This document shows, one piece after another, positions 7,869 through 17,309 of a stretch of DNA of 64,000 nucleotides (positions are counted from its first letter, which is position 1; every line of letters starts with the position of its first letter). The DNA is from a virus. The position numbers and the translations under genes are program-made. The notes beneath the pieces were generated by a model. It was given only the letters and a program-made list of their open reading frames with translations, was not told the origin of the DNA and did not search any database. The DNA lies in IMG/VR virus record IMGVR_UViG_3300009008_000009, positions 32,001-96,000 of that record, one strand, 5' to 3'.

Positions 7869-8709
7869 CGGTGTTCTCCTTTGTATGCCGAAACCAACGA
7901 TGATAATGTTGATCGTTGGGTTCTTGTTGAGGTGGACACCGACGGAGATTAAGAATTTGTTCATCTTGTTTATTTATTCGCTTCTCTGCTATCTTGAAGT
8001 ACGTTTCATCAAGTTCGATTCCGATGAAGTCCCGGTTGAGGTTCTTACATGCTACTCCTGTTGTTCCGCTTCCCATTGTGAAATCTAATACCGTTTCACC
8101 CTCATTAGTGTATGTCTTGATTAGGTATTCCATCAGGGCAACTGGTTTTTGGGTTGGGTGTAATTTATTCCCTTTTGGTGTGTTTGATACACTATTAAAA
8201 AATAATACACTTTTAGGGTTTACTCTGTTTGGGTCATATTGCTTAGCTTCTTGCTTACCCAAAGAAATATGGTTACTTGAACTTTTAGACTGTATTGGTT
8301 TTTTTGCCCTAACCTTACCTGTGTCCGACCTCTCTCTCATAATTTTATTGTATGTTGGCTTTCCTTTTTTTATAAAAACTGAAATCATTTCGTGATACTT
8401 CATCGGCATAAATGAGCTTGTAGCCATACCTGTAGGCATTGATTTTTCCCAAATCCAATCATACTTATAGTTCTTAATATTACTCATCCTCAAAGCACTA
8501 CTAAAAGGCTCGCTCCCAAACAAAACAATAGCCCCGTTCGGTTTAATAATCCGCTTCAACTGCTCCCACATAAGTTCCAAGGGAATGATGCTGTCCCACT
8601 TACAAGCTGTAGTTCCGTATGGCGGGTCGCATATCACGGCATCTATGCTGCCCGTTTCAATGTCCTTCATCTTCTCAAGACAATCGCCATGTATTAAGTC
8701 TATTTTCAT
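7858..8709 (-). CDS. DNA methyltransferase, N6/N4 beta class (copy 2)
   Basis: GDCLE, CDPPYG, HPTQKPVAL, VLDFTMGSGTTG; AT-rich. Confidence 0.93.
   Translation of the reverse strand: MKIDLIHGDCLEKMKDIETGSIDAVICDPPYGTTACKWDSIIPLELMWEQLKRIIKPNGAIVLFGSEPFSSALRMSNIKNYKYDWIWEKSMPTGMATSSFMPMKYHEMISVFIKKGKPTYNKIMRERSDTGKVRAKKPIQSKSSSNHISLGKQEAKQYDPNRVNPKSVLFFNSVSNTPKGNKLHPTQKPVALMEYLIKTYTNEGETVLDFTMGSGTTGVACKNLNRDFIGIELDETYFKIAEKRINKQDEQILNLRRCPPQQEPNDQHYHRWFRHTKENTDDE
7896..7955. repeat. 60-bp perfect inverted repeat, right arm
   Basis: aacgatgataatgttgatcgttgggttcttgttgaggtggacaccgacggagattaagaa. Confidence 0.95.
7965..8016. repeat. 52-bp direct repeat, copy 1 (3' end of MTase)
   Basis: Identical to 8776-8827. 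Confidence 0.9.
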
Positions 8710-8710
8710 T

Positions 8711-9496
8711 TTATATATCCATTCTTATTTGTTCATATGGAATTCTCCGGTGACCCAGCCGGTTGAACTCAACTCCTTGTTTATTTATTCGCTTCTCTGC
8801 TATCTTGAAGTACGTTTCATCAAGTTCTATGCCGATGAAGTTTCTGTTTGTGTTTTTACATGCTACTCCAGTTGTGCCGCTTCCCATTGTGAAATCTAAA
8901 ACTGTCTCGCCTTCGTTAGTGTATGTTTTAATTAGGTATTCCATAAGCGCAACAGGCTTTTGTGTGGGGTGTAGTCCTCTTTCTTGCTTAAAGTCGATCA
9001 CCCGCTTCGGTAACCTATCCCCGTTGTTTATTGTCGTTGTCTCCCGAAATACGGCCCCATTCAGCTCGTTCAGCCTGTGTTTTTTATCCCGTTTAACGGT
9101 ATACGGCTTGCCCGGCTCTTTTTGGGGGTTATACATAGTTTTTCCAGATGAGAAAACCACGACGTCCTCGACATCATTTAAAGGCCGAATTTTAGCCATA
9201 AACGGGTCGACCCCTTGAGGTTTACGGTAAACCCAACAATATCTAAACATCTTCATATTGGAAGCAATCAGCGTTGTAGTAAATGGCTGGCTTGCCGTCA
9301 TAACAATAGCACCGTTCGGTTTAATGACCCGCTTCAACTGCTCCCACATCGGCTCTAAAGGGATAACTGAGTCCCACTTACAAGCGGTTGTCCCATAAGG
9401 GGGGTCAGTAATAATAGCATCTACTACTACACCCCCGGCTATAAGCCTATCCATAACCTCTAAGCAATCACCCCGCATCAAGTCAATCTTTAACAT
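8711..9496 (-). CDS. DNA methyltransferase, N6/N4 beta class (copy 1)
   Basis: GDCLE, TDPPYG, HPTQKPVAL, VLDFTMGSGTTG. Confidence 0.93.
   Translation of the reverse strand: MLKIDLMRGDCLEVMDRLIAGGVVVDAIITDPPYGTTACKWDSVIPLEPMWEQLKRVIKPNGAIVMTASQPFTTTLIASNMKMFRYCWVYRKPQGVDPFMAKIRPLNDVEDVVVFSSGKTMYNPQKEPGKPYTVKRDKKHRLNELNGAVFRETTTINNGDRLPKRVIDFKQERGLHPTQKPVALMEYLIKTYTNEGETVLDFTMGSGTTGVACKNTNRNFIGIELDETYFKIAEKRINKQGVEFNRLGHRRIPYEQIRMDI
8776..8827. repeat. 52-bp direct repeat, copy 2 (3' end of MTase)
   Basis: cttgtttatttattcgcttctctgctatcttgaagtacgtttcatcaagttc, identical to 7965-8016. Confidence 0.9.
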
Positions 9497-9529
9497 CTTT
9501 TTATCTTTGTAAAAAATCCTGCTGCCATA

Positions 9530-9558
9530 AGTATAGCAATGTTTATCTTAGAATGCAA
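9530..9558 (-). promoter_or_regulatory. Sigma70-type promoter upstream of the tandem MTases
   Basis: TTGCAT-17 bp-TATACT with an extended -10 TG. Confidence 0.65.
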
Positions 9559-10336
9559 TGTCATACTTCTGGCTCAGCAGATCCTTCATCCACTTCACCA
9601 TCACGACGGTGGCGTTGATACCAGCACCAGCCCGTTCCCACTGCCAGCGGTGGGTCTCGTCAATGTCCGGAGCCCAGTCAACCGTAACGAACCGGGTGTC
9701 GTTGGTGTCGCTGACCCACGCCTCCTCAAAGGCTGCGGGGTCATCGTTGAGCGTGGTAATGACCGGTTGGCCACGGTGGCCCATAACCTTCGCTACAGTT
9801 TGAATGAACCGGCGTCCTTCCGCGTGACGGGACTTACCGTCACCGTCAAAGTCGCGTAGGGAATTGATCTTCAGGACATGAGTCTTATGTGTTGGACGAT
9901 CCTCAGTCGGGTCCAAGGCTCCGCAGTTCACCGGACAAATGGCAAAGAACAGATCGCTGTAGTGCAGAGCAATACGAGTGATCATACCCGCTCCCTGACT
10001 GTGGCCGCATGCCATCACCAAATTGGTGGTCAGGTTCTTAAACTTCTTCAGCCGCTTCTTGAAGTCCTCAGTCGCATTCACGATGTACTGTTGGTCGTGG
10101 CCCGTTCCCCACGATGGCCCTTTCGAATATGGCAGGAAGATGGGGACGTGATATTCATCGGCGACGCGTTTCAACTGTGTGGAATTGAAGAATGCCTCGC
10201 TCGTACCGTTCGCACCGTGGAACCCACCCAGCGCAACACCAACCAACGAACCTTCTGGAATGTACGCATCGTAGGGTCGCATACGACCGATGCCCATACC
10301 GTCATCACACTCAAACTGCAGTAGGCCGTTGCCCAT
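9548..10336 (-). CDS. Alpha/beta hydrolase (PHB depolymerase/esterase-like)
   Basis: GFHG oxyanion segment, nucleophile elbow GHSQGAG, C-terminal His (THRW). Confidence 0.75.
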   Translation of the reverse strand: MGNGLLQFECDDGMGIGRMRPYDAYIPEGSLVGVALGGFHGANGTSEAFFNSTQLKRVADEYHVPIFLPYSKGPSWGTGHDQQYIVNATEDFKKRLKKFKNLTTNLVMACGHSQGAGMITRIALHYSDLFFAICPVNCGALDPTEDRPTHKTHVLKINSLRDFDGDGKSRHAEGRRFIQTVAKVMGHRGQPVITTLNDDPAAFEEAWVSDTNDTRFVTVDWAPDIDETHRWQWERAGAGINATVVMVKWMKDLLSQKYDIAF

Positions 10337-10393
10337 GTCCAGATCTCCTAGTTGTCTGGTAGCTGGTACCAGAGGTAATTTCCGCGCTGGAAG

Positions 10394-10669
10394 TTAGTAA
10401 GAAAATACCCCAAACGCCACTGCGTCGTCTGAACTCACCGCCTTGAAGTGCGCAACGCTCTCCACGCCGTTCGGCTGTGAGCTGTCGCGCATGCGCATCT
10501 CTCCATCATCATCTAGTTTCTGTACGGAGAGGGTACCTTCGCCAACAAACAGCCACAGGGACTTAGGCCAGCGCTTTGCCAACCGCTCCAACGTATTGAT
10601 TGCGTTGCGTTCTTCCTTGGTGAGTTCTACATCCATCGGTATTGTCTCCGTTAACACACCTCCGGCCAC
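10394..10669 (-). CDS. Hypothetical protein
   Basis: LERLAKRWPKSLWLF segment typical of small phage proteins; GGAGG before a probable internal start. Confidence 0.55.
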   Translation of the reverse strand: MAGGVLTETIPMDVELTKEERNAINTLERLAKRWPKSLWLFVGEGTLSVQKLDDDGEMRMRDSSQPNGVESVAHFKAVSSDDAVAFGVFSY

Positions 10670-11044
10670 AGGTCATGTTCAATAACGACGTCCTCCAGCC
10701 ACGGTCGGGTGTAACTCCACATTGGACAGCCGTCGCAGTCGTGCCAAACACGGATACGCATTACCATCCCGGGCTCAATAGACCCACGGTCATTCTTCAA
10801 GACATCAATATCTTCAGGAGTGAACTTGTTGTATTCATCATATGGCTCGCCGTCCTCGTCCCAGTCCAGACCCCACTCCAACGCCAGCGACGCTGAACAG
10901 TCGTGCCGCTCGGACGCAATCACCAGTGTAGTTGGTGGGTACTTCGTCCGCTGGGATGTTGGGGTTGTCTCCAGCCTCATATTCATCTAGAAGCCGCTGG
11001 TAAGCAGGGCCATACTTCTTCTTGTACTCCGCCTCGGTAATCAT
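10651..11044 (-). pseudogene. Probably one acidic protein split by a frameshift (ORFs 10838..11044 and 10651..10986)
   Basis: 5' ORF has RBS GGAG and a protein-like N-half; 3' ORF has a protein-like C-half; they overlap in different frames. Confidence 0.4.
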
Positions 11045-11239
11045 CTCCGCCGTCCTCGGTCAGTAAGCTCTTCTACTGTAGTCTGGGATTCAGTGAGTTC
11101 CGACATTATGCGTACCTACCCAGCTTCACACGGCCCGAACATCTTCATCACCCAACAGTCATGACCACAGTCTTGGCTCGGATGCGGGTAACTTGCACTT
11201 ACGTGCCACACAGTAAAAGAGCTGAACATCGTAATGTCA

Positions 11240-11269
11240 ATGATAACACTTATAGATGGTTCGAGTCAA
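11240..11269 (-). promoter_or_regulatory. Sigma70-type promoter
   Basis: TTGACT-18 bp-TATCAT with TG extension, in an intergenic gap. Confidence 0.5.
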
Positions 11270-11274
11270 CCTCT

Positions 11275-11793
11275 CTATCTCCGGTTGTCCTTGATCCATA
11301 GCTCCGAGTCACTCCATACCTCATCGAACTTATCGGACACGTACCGCACGCGCTCGTTGATAAGGTCGGTTAACTTGGTAATGTAGAACTGCTCAGCACT
11401 CGCTGCATCCTTGCCGTACGTGAACCGCACCAGCTTCAGGAACCGATCCCAGAACAACATTGAGCTGTCCGGCTGCGCTGGTAGGAAGTGAGTTATAGAA
11501 CCAATGACGTCGGGCGCTGGAACCTGCGGTGCTGGTGTGTCGCCCACTGGCTGGCTCGGCGAACCGTTGAGCAGATAGTCATCTATCATGTCGTAGGCTT
11601 TCTGACGCACCTGCTTCATGATCTCACGTACCTCATCCTTGAACTGGGCAGACCGCTGGGACTCCCTACCTAACGACATGGATGCCCAGTCATAGATACG
11701 GATCTGAATCCCTCGGACGGTGTATGCGATGATGTTACGCTCAACCTCACCCGGGTTGAATGTAGTTTCTGTACGCTTCTTCAACATTGGCAT
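11275..11793 (-). CDS. Hypothetical protein
   Basis: 172-aa ORF. Confidence 0.65.
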   Translation of the reverse strand: MPMLKKRTETTFNPGEVERNIIAYTVRGIQIRIYDWASMSLGRESQRSAQFKDEVREIMKQVRQKAYDMIDDYLLNGSPSQPVGDTPAPQVPAPDVIGSITHFLPAQPDSSMLFWDRFLKLVRFTYGKDAASAEQFYITKLTDLINERVRYVSDKFDEVWSDSELWIKDNRR

Positions 11794-11898
11794 GTTCTTA
11801 TGGTTAGTGGTCAGCGCCTGTAATGCTTCATGAGTGCTGCCAGTCTTACTGAATCGCTTGTTCTACTGTCACCTGTCAATCCTCCTAGTAGTACTTTG

Positions 11899-12234
11899 TC
11901 AGCCTTGCTTACAGGGCTGACGTGGAGATCCTGCTGTGTCCCAAGATACACCAACACTGGGGTTCTGCAGTGCCCCAAAGTAGATGCGTACGTCCTCGTA
12001 CCCACGGGTTTCCTCCACGACGCCGCCCTTCCCTATTGATGCGAAGGTTAGATTCACATCCGTCACAATGTACCCATCGGTGTCGGGGTGTAGGACAAAT
12101 CCCATGATCTCCATCTTGGAGCAGCGTGGGACGATGTTATTGTTTCCATCAACAACATGAATGTTGGTAATGTCTATCGCACCTGATGGTAGCCCGGTGA
12201 GATGAATATGCTTTATCGACTCTGGGAATTCCAT
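11899..12234 (-). CDS. Hypothetical protein
   Basis: 111-aa ORF. Confidence 0.55.
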   Translation of the reverse strand: MEFPESIKHIHLTGLPSGAIDITNIHVVDGNNNIVPRCSKMEIMGFVLHPDTDGYIVTDVNLTFASIGKGGVVEETRGYEDVRIYFGALQNPSVGVSWDTAGSPRQPCKQG

Positions 12235-12247
12235 CTCCGACCCCGTC

Positions 12248-12985
12248 TCAGTACCCCGGATCTACCCTGAACTGCTGATTCGCTTCATCACCTGCGTTCG
12301 CGATACCATCGATGAGGTTGTACGTCACCGTGAACATGATCAGGGCCTCGGGGATGCCGCTGTCGAGCACTGGCCCTGCGAGGTTCTTCAGTCCCTCAAG
12401 CGCTACGCCTGCGTCGTTGACCTGTGCCCTGCGCTCACGGAGGATGTATACGTTTACGTCGGTCGGATGAGCTATCAGCTCCAGCATGTTCTCATACCGA
12501 GCAAGCCTGAGTGCGCCGTTAGTCTCACCATCCTCATTGGCCTTCGTGGCAATGAGGAGATTACCATCTACATCAATCTCGTATACCTCACCAACCACAC
12601 CGGGAAGTCGACTGCGGACAGTGTTCTTACCTGACCCGTCGAACAACCCACGGATACGATCAGCAATCGCGGTCAGAGAATGCTGACTCTCGTCTGCTGT
12701 GTCACGCAGCTCTGCGGTCAGTCTCTCAGTCGCACGCTTATGGACATGCGCATGAGTCATCGAGGATTCAATAACATTGTACGCCCGCTGAGCTGCTACC
12801 TTACGCGGATCGTCGTTGGGGAAGATCGCGCTCTCGTCAACCAGCACGTCCTTCAACCGGGCGATACACGCGTCGTACAGTCCCCACGCCGGGTTAAGCC
12901 TTGCAATTAGCTCTTGGAGCGTGGTTGCCCCGGCTACTGCGGCCTTGAGCTCGTTACTCACTGCTGTCTGCGTCATCCTTCGCAT
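12248..12985 (-). CDS. Hypothetical helical protein
   Basis: 245-aa ORF; start may be slightly downstream. Confidence 0.65.
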   Translation of the reverse strand: MRRMTQTAVSNELKAAVAGATTLQELIARLNPAWGLYDACIARLKDVLVDESAIFPNDDPRKVAAQRAYNVIESSMTHAHVHKRATERLTAELRDTADESQHSLTAIADRIRGLFDGSGKNTVRSRLPGVVGEVYEIDVDGNLLIATKANEDGETNGALRLARYENMLELIAHPTDVNVYILRERRAQVNDAGVALEGLKNLAGPVLDSGIPEALIMFTVTYNLIDGIANAGDEANQQFRVDPGY

Positions 12986-13085
12986 CTCCCTGCGTCTCGT
13001 CCTTCTCCGGCGCTTCCGCCTCTGTATCGGCTTTCTTCTGGGGGTCTACAACCAGTGTACCCACCCCGTGTTTACGCATCACCAT
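12954..13085 (-). CDS. Small acidic peptide (43 aa), below the ORF-track cutoff
   Basis: AGGAG RBS; MVMRKHGVGTLVVDPQKKADTEAEAPEKDETQGDAKDDADSSE. Confidence 0.4.
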   Translation of the reverse strand: MVMRKHGVGTLVVDPQKKADTEAEAPEKDETQGDAKDDADSSE

Positions 13086-13193
13086 CTTTCACTCCTGAAA
13101 ATATTCATGTATCCGCTGTGTGCCGCACGTGTACTAAGTTGAAGGTCTACATCTACCCTGTGCTGGTTTTCCGTTTCGTTGTAAATTAACAGG

Positions 13194-13703
13194 TTAATCT
13201 TTCTTTTCCCGTATGGTCTTCACATTCACAACGCTACGGTCTGCGCGAATACGCTCTTCCTTGACTACTGAATTATAGGAGTTAAGTGCATCGGGCCGTG
13301 CCTCGAGTACACGATCAAGATGATCCTTGTCAATAATAAGCCAATTCACGGCCCATCGCAAGAACTGTCCCATGTGATCGGTCGGCAGTAAGCATGCGCT
13401 TGTTGCGACTGTGTTGGGGCTGTGGAACAGTTCAAGAACCTTCTCCTGCCTTATACCGCGTGGGTCTTTGAACTTGACATTGTGCGCTGCTGCTACATGC
13501 ACGATACGGCGTAGGTTCTGCGGCATGGTCACTATGATTGGCTCATCGATTATCTTGTCGACCACGGTGCCGCACGGGATCACAGGTAAGGGTGACATGT
13601 CCTTCTGGAAACCGCATGCGACAAAGTCACGGAACGCACTGATCTCGAACGGGCCGGTGGTGCTTTGTAAAACGATGAGTTGGAGTCTGAATTTGTCGGC
13701 CAT
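13194..13703 (-). CDS. Hypothetical protein
   Basis: 169-aa ORF abutting the MTase stop. Confidence 0.6.
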   Translation of the reverse strand: MADKFRLQLIVLQSTTGPFEISAFRDFVACGFQKDMSPLPVIPCGTVVDKIIDEPIIVTMPQNLRRIVHVAAAHNVKFKDPRGIRQEKVLELFHSPNTVATSACLLPTDHMGQFLRWAVNWLIIDKDHLDRVLEARPDALNSYNSVVKEERIRADRSVVNVKTIREKKD

Positions 13704-13704
13704 A

Positions 13705-14634
13705 TCACACGCTGTCCTGTATAATAGTCACAGGTGGGCTTAGTAAGGTCTTCGGCAACTTATCTCGTGCAAGACCTACACAGCTACTGTCCAGTTCGAA
13801 CAAGAGATAGTGACGTCGTCTGTTTCTTGCAACCACCCCGGTAGTACCGGTTCCAGCAAACGGATCGAAAACAATACCACCCTCCGGGCTCCCGGCCAGT
13901 ACCATAGGTTCAATAAGTGATTCTGGATACACAGCTACGTGGCCAGCCTGTTTAGAGTTTGGTGGAACGGTCCACACCGACCTCTTCCTCCGCTTACCAT
14001 TTGCCGCCCACGTGCGCTTGTTGTCAGCGTACTGGTGGTTAAATCCTTCCTTACCCCGAGCCATTGGACCAACTGCGCGACGTTTAACGGTGTCTGGATG
14101 AGCTTGCATTCGCTGTGGTCCCTTTACCGCTGGTTCTTGTATGGCCTCATAGTCAAAGTAGTACTTGGAGCTTTTGCTGAACATGAATATGTACTCATGA
14201 GATCTTACACATCTGTCTTTCACCATTTCAGGCATTGGGTTTGGCTTATGCCATATGTCGTCTTGGCGGAGGTACCAACCTGACGCTCGGAGTGCAAGTG
14301 CAAGTGTCCATGGTATCCCAATAAGATCTTTAACCTTTATGTCACCACCGACACCTCTCTTTGACGACGCATACGTATCCCCAATTACAACCCATAGTGT
14401 TCCGTCTGACATGAGCACCCGTTTTACTTCTGTAAATAGATCTACAAGATAGTTAATAAATTCTTCTGGAGTGGGCTCAAGTCCAATCTGCCCGGAAACT
14501 TGGTAGTCACGTAACCCGTAGTACGGAGGGCTGGTAACGCACATGTTAATAGACTCATCCGGTAGCTTCTTAGTGAGTTGTAGTGCATCACCTATGACCA
14601 TAGAGTCACGTATAAATGGATTTAACGTTAGCAT
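13705..14634 (-). CDS. DNA methyltransferase, N4-C/N6-A beta class
   Basis: CVTSPPYYGLRDY, WHKPNPMPE, HVAVYPE, VFDPFAGTGTTG. Confidence 0.92.
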   Translation of the reverse strand: MLTLNPFIRDSMVIGDALQLTKKLPDESINMCVTSPPYYGLRDYQVSGQIGLEPTPEEFINYLVDLFTEVKRVLMSDGTLWVVIGDTYASSKRGVGGDIKVKDLIGIPWTLALALRASGWYLRQDDIWHKPNPMPEMVKDRCVRSHEYIFMFSKSSKYYFDYEAIQEPAVKGPQRMQAHPDTVKRRAVGPMARGKEGFNHQYADNKRTWAANGKRRKRSVWTVPPNSKQAGHVAVYPESLIEPMVLAGSPEGGIVFDPFAGTGTTGVVARNRRRHYLLFELDSSCVGLARDKLPKTLLSPPVTIIQDSV

Positions 14635-14818
14635 TTCCCCACCATAAACGGGTGAGTAACCTTGACCGTAACCTTACCATCTGCGTCCGGATGTGAGCAC
14701 TCTGTGCTCGGCTCAGTCTTCTGGAAGTCCTTATGCCCGGGTGCGAACTTGAAACCAGTCAGCCGCACACTATCTGATAGCAGTCCAAAGCCCGACGTTC
14801 CCGGGGCAATGCGTAGCT

Positions 14819-16066
14819 TTACGCCCACGCTGCCGTCCTCGGGGCGTTGAGCTGTGGCTCCGGCTCCCACTCCCTGAAGTCGTCCCATCGCGGTATCTCC
14901 TGTACAGGGTCCGGGTGGTCTGGGTCACCTTCCATGATTGCCTCATAGAACTTCCTACGGGCTGGGTTCCACGCTGTTGCATCGTACCGTGCCCGGATGA
15001 ACTTATGGAGGAGATGCCCCTTGTGGTCTCGCAACATTGGATCTTCGATAAGCGGTGCGAGGGCCTTGGTCCATTCAATCGTACTCGGGTTTGCTGACAC
15101 CCACTCAACGATGTCCTCGTTGCCCTCCATGGCGAACGTGTACGGCTGTGCGCTTGAAACTACCGACGCTACACCGTAGGCACCGAACTCCAGTAACTTG
15201 AGCTCGGACTTGGACCTGTTAAACTCGTCGTCCTCCAACGGCACCACCCCTACGTCGAAGTGAGAATACAACCATCCGTACTCGCTGATCGGCAGGGCAC
15301 GCAAGATGCGCTGGCCGTCTGCGGGGATATCGGAAAGAAGTACATCACGCATTGCGTTCCAGACTGTCTCGTGCTCTTCCATCTTACGCTGGGTGAGATT
15401 GCCCAGCTCGTCTTGGTATGCGTACGTTCCCCGGATGTCAAACCCGCCGATGCAGTAAACGACGTCTGGACCATACTGCTTGTACATGGTCGAGAACACG
15501 TTACGCAGCAGGCTGATGTCCTTGAGGTGAGAGCTACCACCTGCCCAGCCTACGTAGGTCACCGGCGACGTGATCCTCGGGTAACGCCACATGGGCTCAA
15601 CCCAGTCGAGGCAGTTCGGGAAGACGTACACCTTGCCACCTCCACCGTGCTCAAATAACCGGTCGCGTAGGTACGGGGTTGTAGTCGTAGCGTAATCGGC
15701 CAGTGCAAGGTTAGCCTTGATCTTCTCCGGGATGCCGTGCTCTTTGTAGCTATGGAATAGGCCGTGGTGTGTCGGCAGCGCGATATCATTATCATCGTTG
15801 TCGTAGACGAGCTTGATACCCTTGTCCTTCGCGGCCAGCATCAACGGGTGGTTGAGATCGACCATCCCCTGCTTATCGTCCTGATGCATACGTGTCCGCT
15901 GGGTCACCAGAATGTCAACACCATCTAAGTCCTCAATCGTCGGCTGGTGGTGGATGATCACATTGATATCAGTGTACTCACCCAACTTCCGCCCGGGCTG
16001 AATCATGCGGTAGTAACCGCAGCCAGCGTTATCGGACGGTACGAACATGATGGTGAACTTAGTCAT
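14819..16066 (-). CDS. Glycosyltransferase (GT-B, phage type)
   Basis: GCGYYRM..P, YDNDD, GWAGGSSH, PLEDDEFNRSKSELKLLEF. Confidence 0.88.
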   Translation of the reverse strand: MTKFTIMFVPSDNAGCGYYRMIQPGRKLGEYTDINVIIHHQPTIEDLDGVDILVTQRTRMHQDDKQGMVDLNHPLMLAAKDKGIKLVYDNDDNDIALPTHHGLFHSYKEHGIPEKIKANLALADYATTTTPYLRDRLFEHGGGGKVYVFPNCLDWVEPMWRYPRITSPVTYVGWAGGSSHLKDISLLRNVFSTMYKQYGPDVVYCIGGFDIRGTYAYQDELGNLTQRKMEEHETVWNAMRDVLLSDIPADGQRILRALPISEYGWLYSHFDVGVVPLEDDEFNRSKSELKLLEFGAYGVASVVSSAQPYTFAMEGNEDIVEWVSANPSTIEWTKALAPLIEDPMLRDHKGHLLHKFIRARYDATAWNPARRKFYEAIMEGDPDHPDPVQEIPRWDDFREWEPEPQLNAPRTAAWA

Positions 16067-16530
16067 TTACTACCCATGTCTATCGCGTGAAGAATCTTGA
16101 GATCTCGCATAGGACCGTGAAGCACTGCACCCCTATGTATCGCCCAGTCGTACCCGGCTTCCCCGTCCGAGCGGGATTCAAATATGATCCGGTCCGCGCC
16201 TCGGATACCTGAGAACAGCGCACTTGCAACAATCGCTGCTGCGTGGGCCTGCGGGTTAGTGTGAACGTCTGGCCCGGCAAGACCCAGTGTACATCTCAGT
16301 GTCTCTGGCTCGTGGGCCTCAGCTCGTGAACTAAACTTCGCCTCTATAACATCCACGTGTGTAACCTGAGGTATACTACTTATCAACTCGGCTACACGAT
16401 CAATGTCAGCCCACGAGTACCGGGTCGTTACAACTAACCTATCTAATCGAACCTCTTCATAGGACATCAGCGAGTCCTGAGAATCACAGGTGTGTCTCCG
16501 ATCTGGTTCACTTTGTCTGCGGTCGGCCAC
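16063..16530 (-). CDS. Hypothetical protein (true start probably MSYEE near 16467)
   Basis: ORF whose stop overlaps the GT start. Confidence 0.5.
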   Translation of the reverse strand: MADRRQSEPDRRHTCDSQDSLMSYEEVRLDRLVVTTRYSWADIDRVAELISSIPQVTHVDVIEAKFSSRAEAHEPETLRCTLGLAGPDVHTNPQAHAAAIVASALFSGIRGADRIIFESRSDGEAGYDWAIHRGAVLHGPMRDLKILHAIDMGSK

Positions 16531-17216
16531 CCGTAAACGGACAGCGGGTCTCCTTTGAGCAACATGTCATATATCTGAGCAGTCACAAGAACATCGAAGC
16601 GGCAGTACAGAATCACTTCCAGTGCCTTGCGCTTACGCCACGCCTTCGGAGCCTCAGCGCCCCCGGCAAATCCAGATGCCTGCTTACCGATACCGAGCAT
16701 ACCCTGCGCCACGTTGTCGAGCTTTGTCTTGCGACCACGGTACGGATAGTGAAGGTCGTCCAAGTGCTGCTTGATGTCTCGTAGGATATCCACCTGCTTA
16801 GCACGCAGCAGGGTACGGACACACTCCCAGTCTGGCTCGGCCTCGGAAAAGTCGATCTCGTCCTCAAAGATCGCACGAACCTGCTTTGCACCCGGACCGC
16901 CCAAGTTGAACTCTCGGATTACCGACCCGGCTGCAAGCGACGAGTCAAAGCTATGAGAATTGAAACCGACGATACGATTGAACTTGGTAAGGTACTTCAG
17001 CATGGCCACAGTGCCACGGTCTCCAATCCAGTCCCGGAACCCATGCTTGACGTTGAATGTACAAAAAACAGACGAATGCAGCTGCTCCGCCTTTCCAAAC
17101 ATACTGAAGTCTGTGATGGTGTCGACAATCTCCCCGTCAAATACAACTACGTCTTCAGGTAGGTCGGGGGTTTCAATGTCGATCTTCCCATGCTCACCGA
17201 GAACTAACGACCACAT
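16467..17216 (-). CDS. RNase H-like DEDD 3'-5' exonuclease
   Basis: DIET (ExoI), VGFNSHSFD (ExoII), YCRFDV (ExoIII). Confidence 0.8.
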   Translation of the reverse strand: MWSLVLGEHGKIDIETPDLPEDVVVFDGEIVDTITDFSMFGKAEQLHSSVFCTFNVKHGFRDWIGDRGTVAMLKYLTKFNRIVGFNSHSFDSSLAAGSVIREFNLGGPGAKQVRAIFEDEIDFSEAEPDWECVRTLLRAKQVDILRDIKQHLDDLHYPYRGRKTKLDNVAQGMLGIGKQASGFAGGAEAPKAWRKRKALEVILYCRFDVLVTAQIYDMLLKGDPLSVYGWPTADKVNQIGDTPVILRTR

Positions 17217-17280
17217 ACTTGGTGCTCCGAGTCACTGTTAAACTTCATCAGGTCTTCCGCCGTGTTTCCGTCCAAGTACA

Positions 17281-17309
17281 AGTATAGCAACCGGGGACGC
17301 TGAATTCAA
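17281..17309 (-). promoter_or_regulatory. Sigma70-type promoter overlapped by a palindrome (17291-17318)
   Basis: TTGAAT-17 bp-TATACT with TG; inverted repeat ccggggacg-N10-cgtccccgg spans the -35. Confidence 0.6.

Noticed and set aside
7869-7964. N-terminal extension (MNKFLISV...) of the 92-aa ORF
   Set aside because: It translates the inverted-repeat arm; the strong RBS points to ATG 7868
14628-14888. 86-aa ORF between the GT and the MTase
   Set aside because: May be a real shorter gene, but it has no recognisable motif and its 5' part overlaps the GT; not supportable
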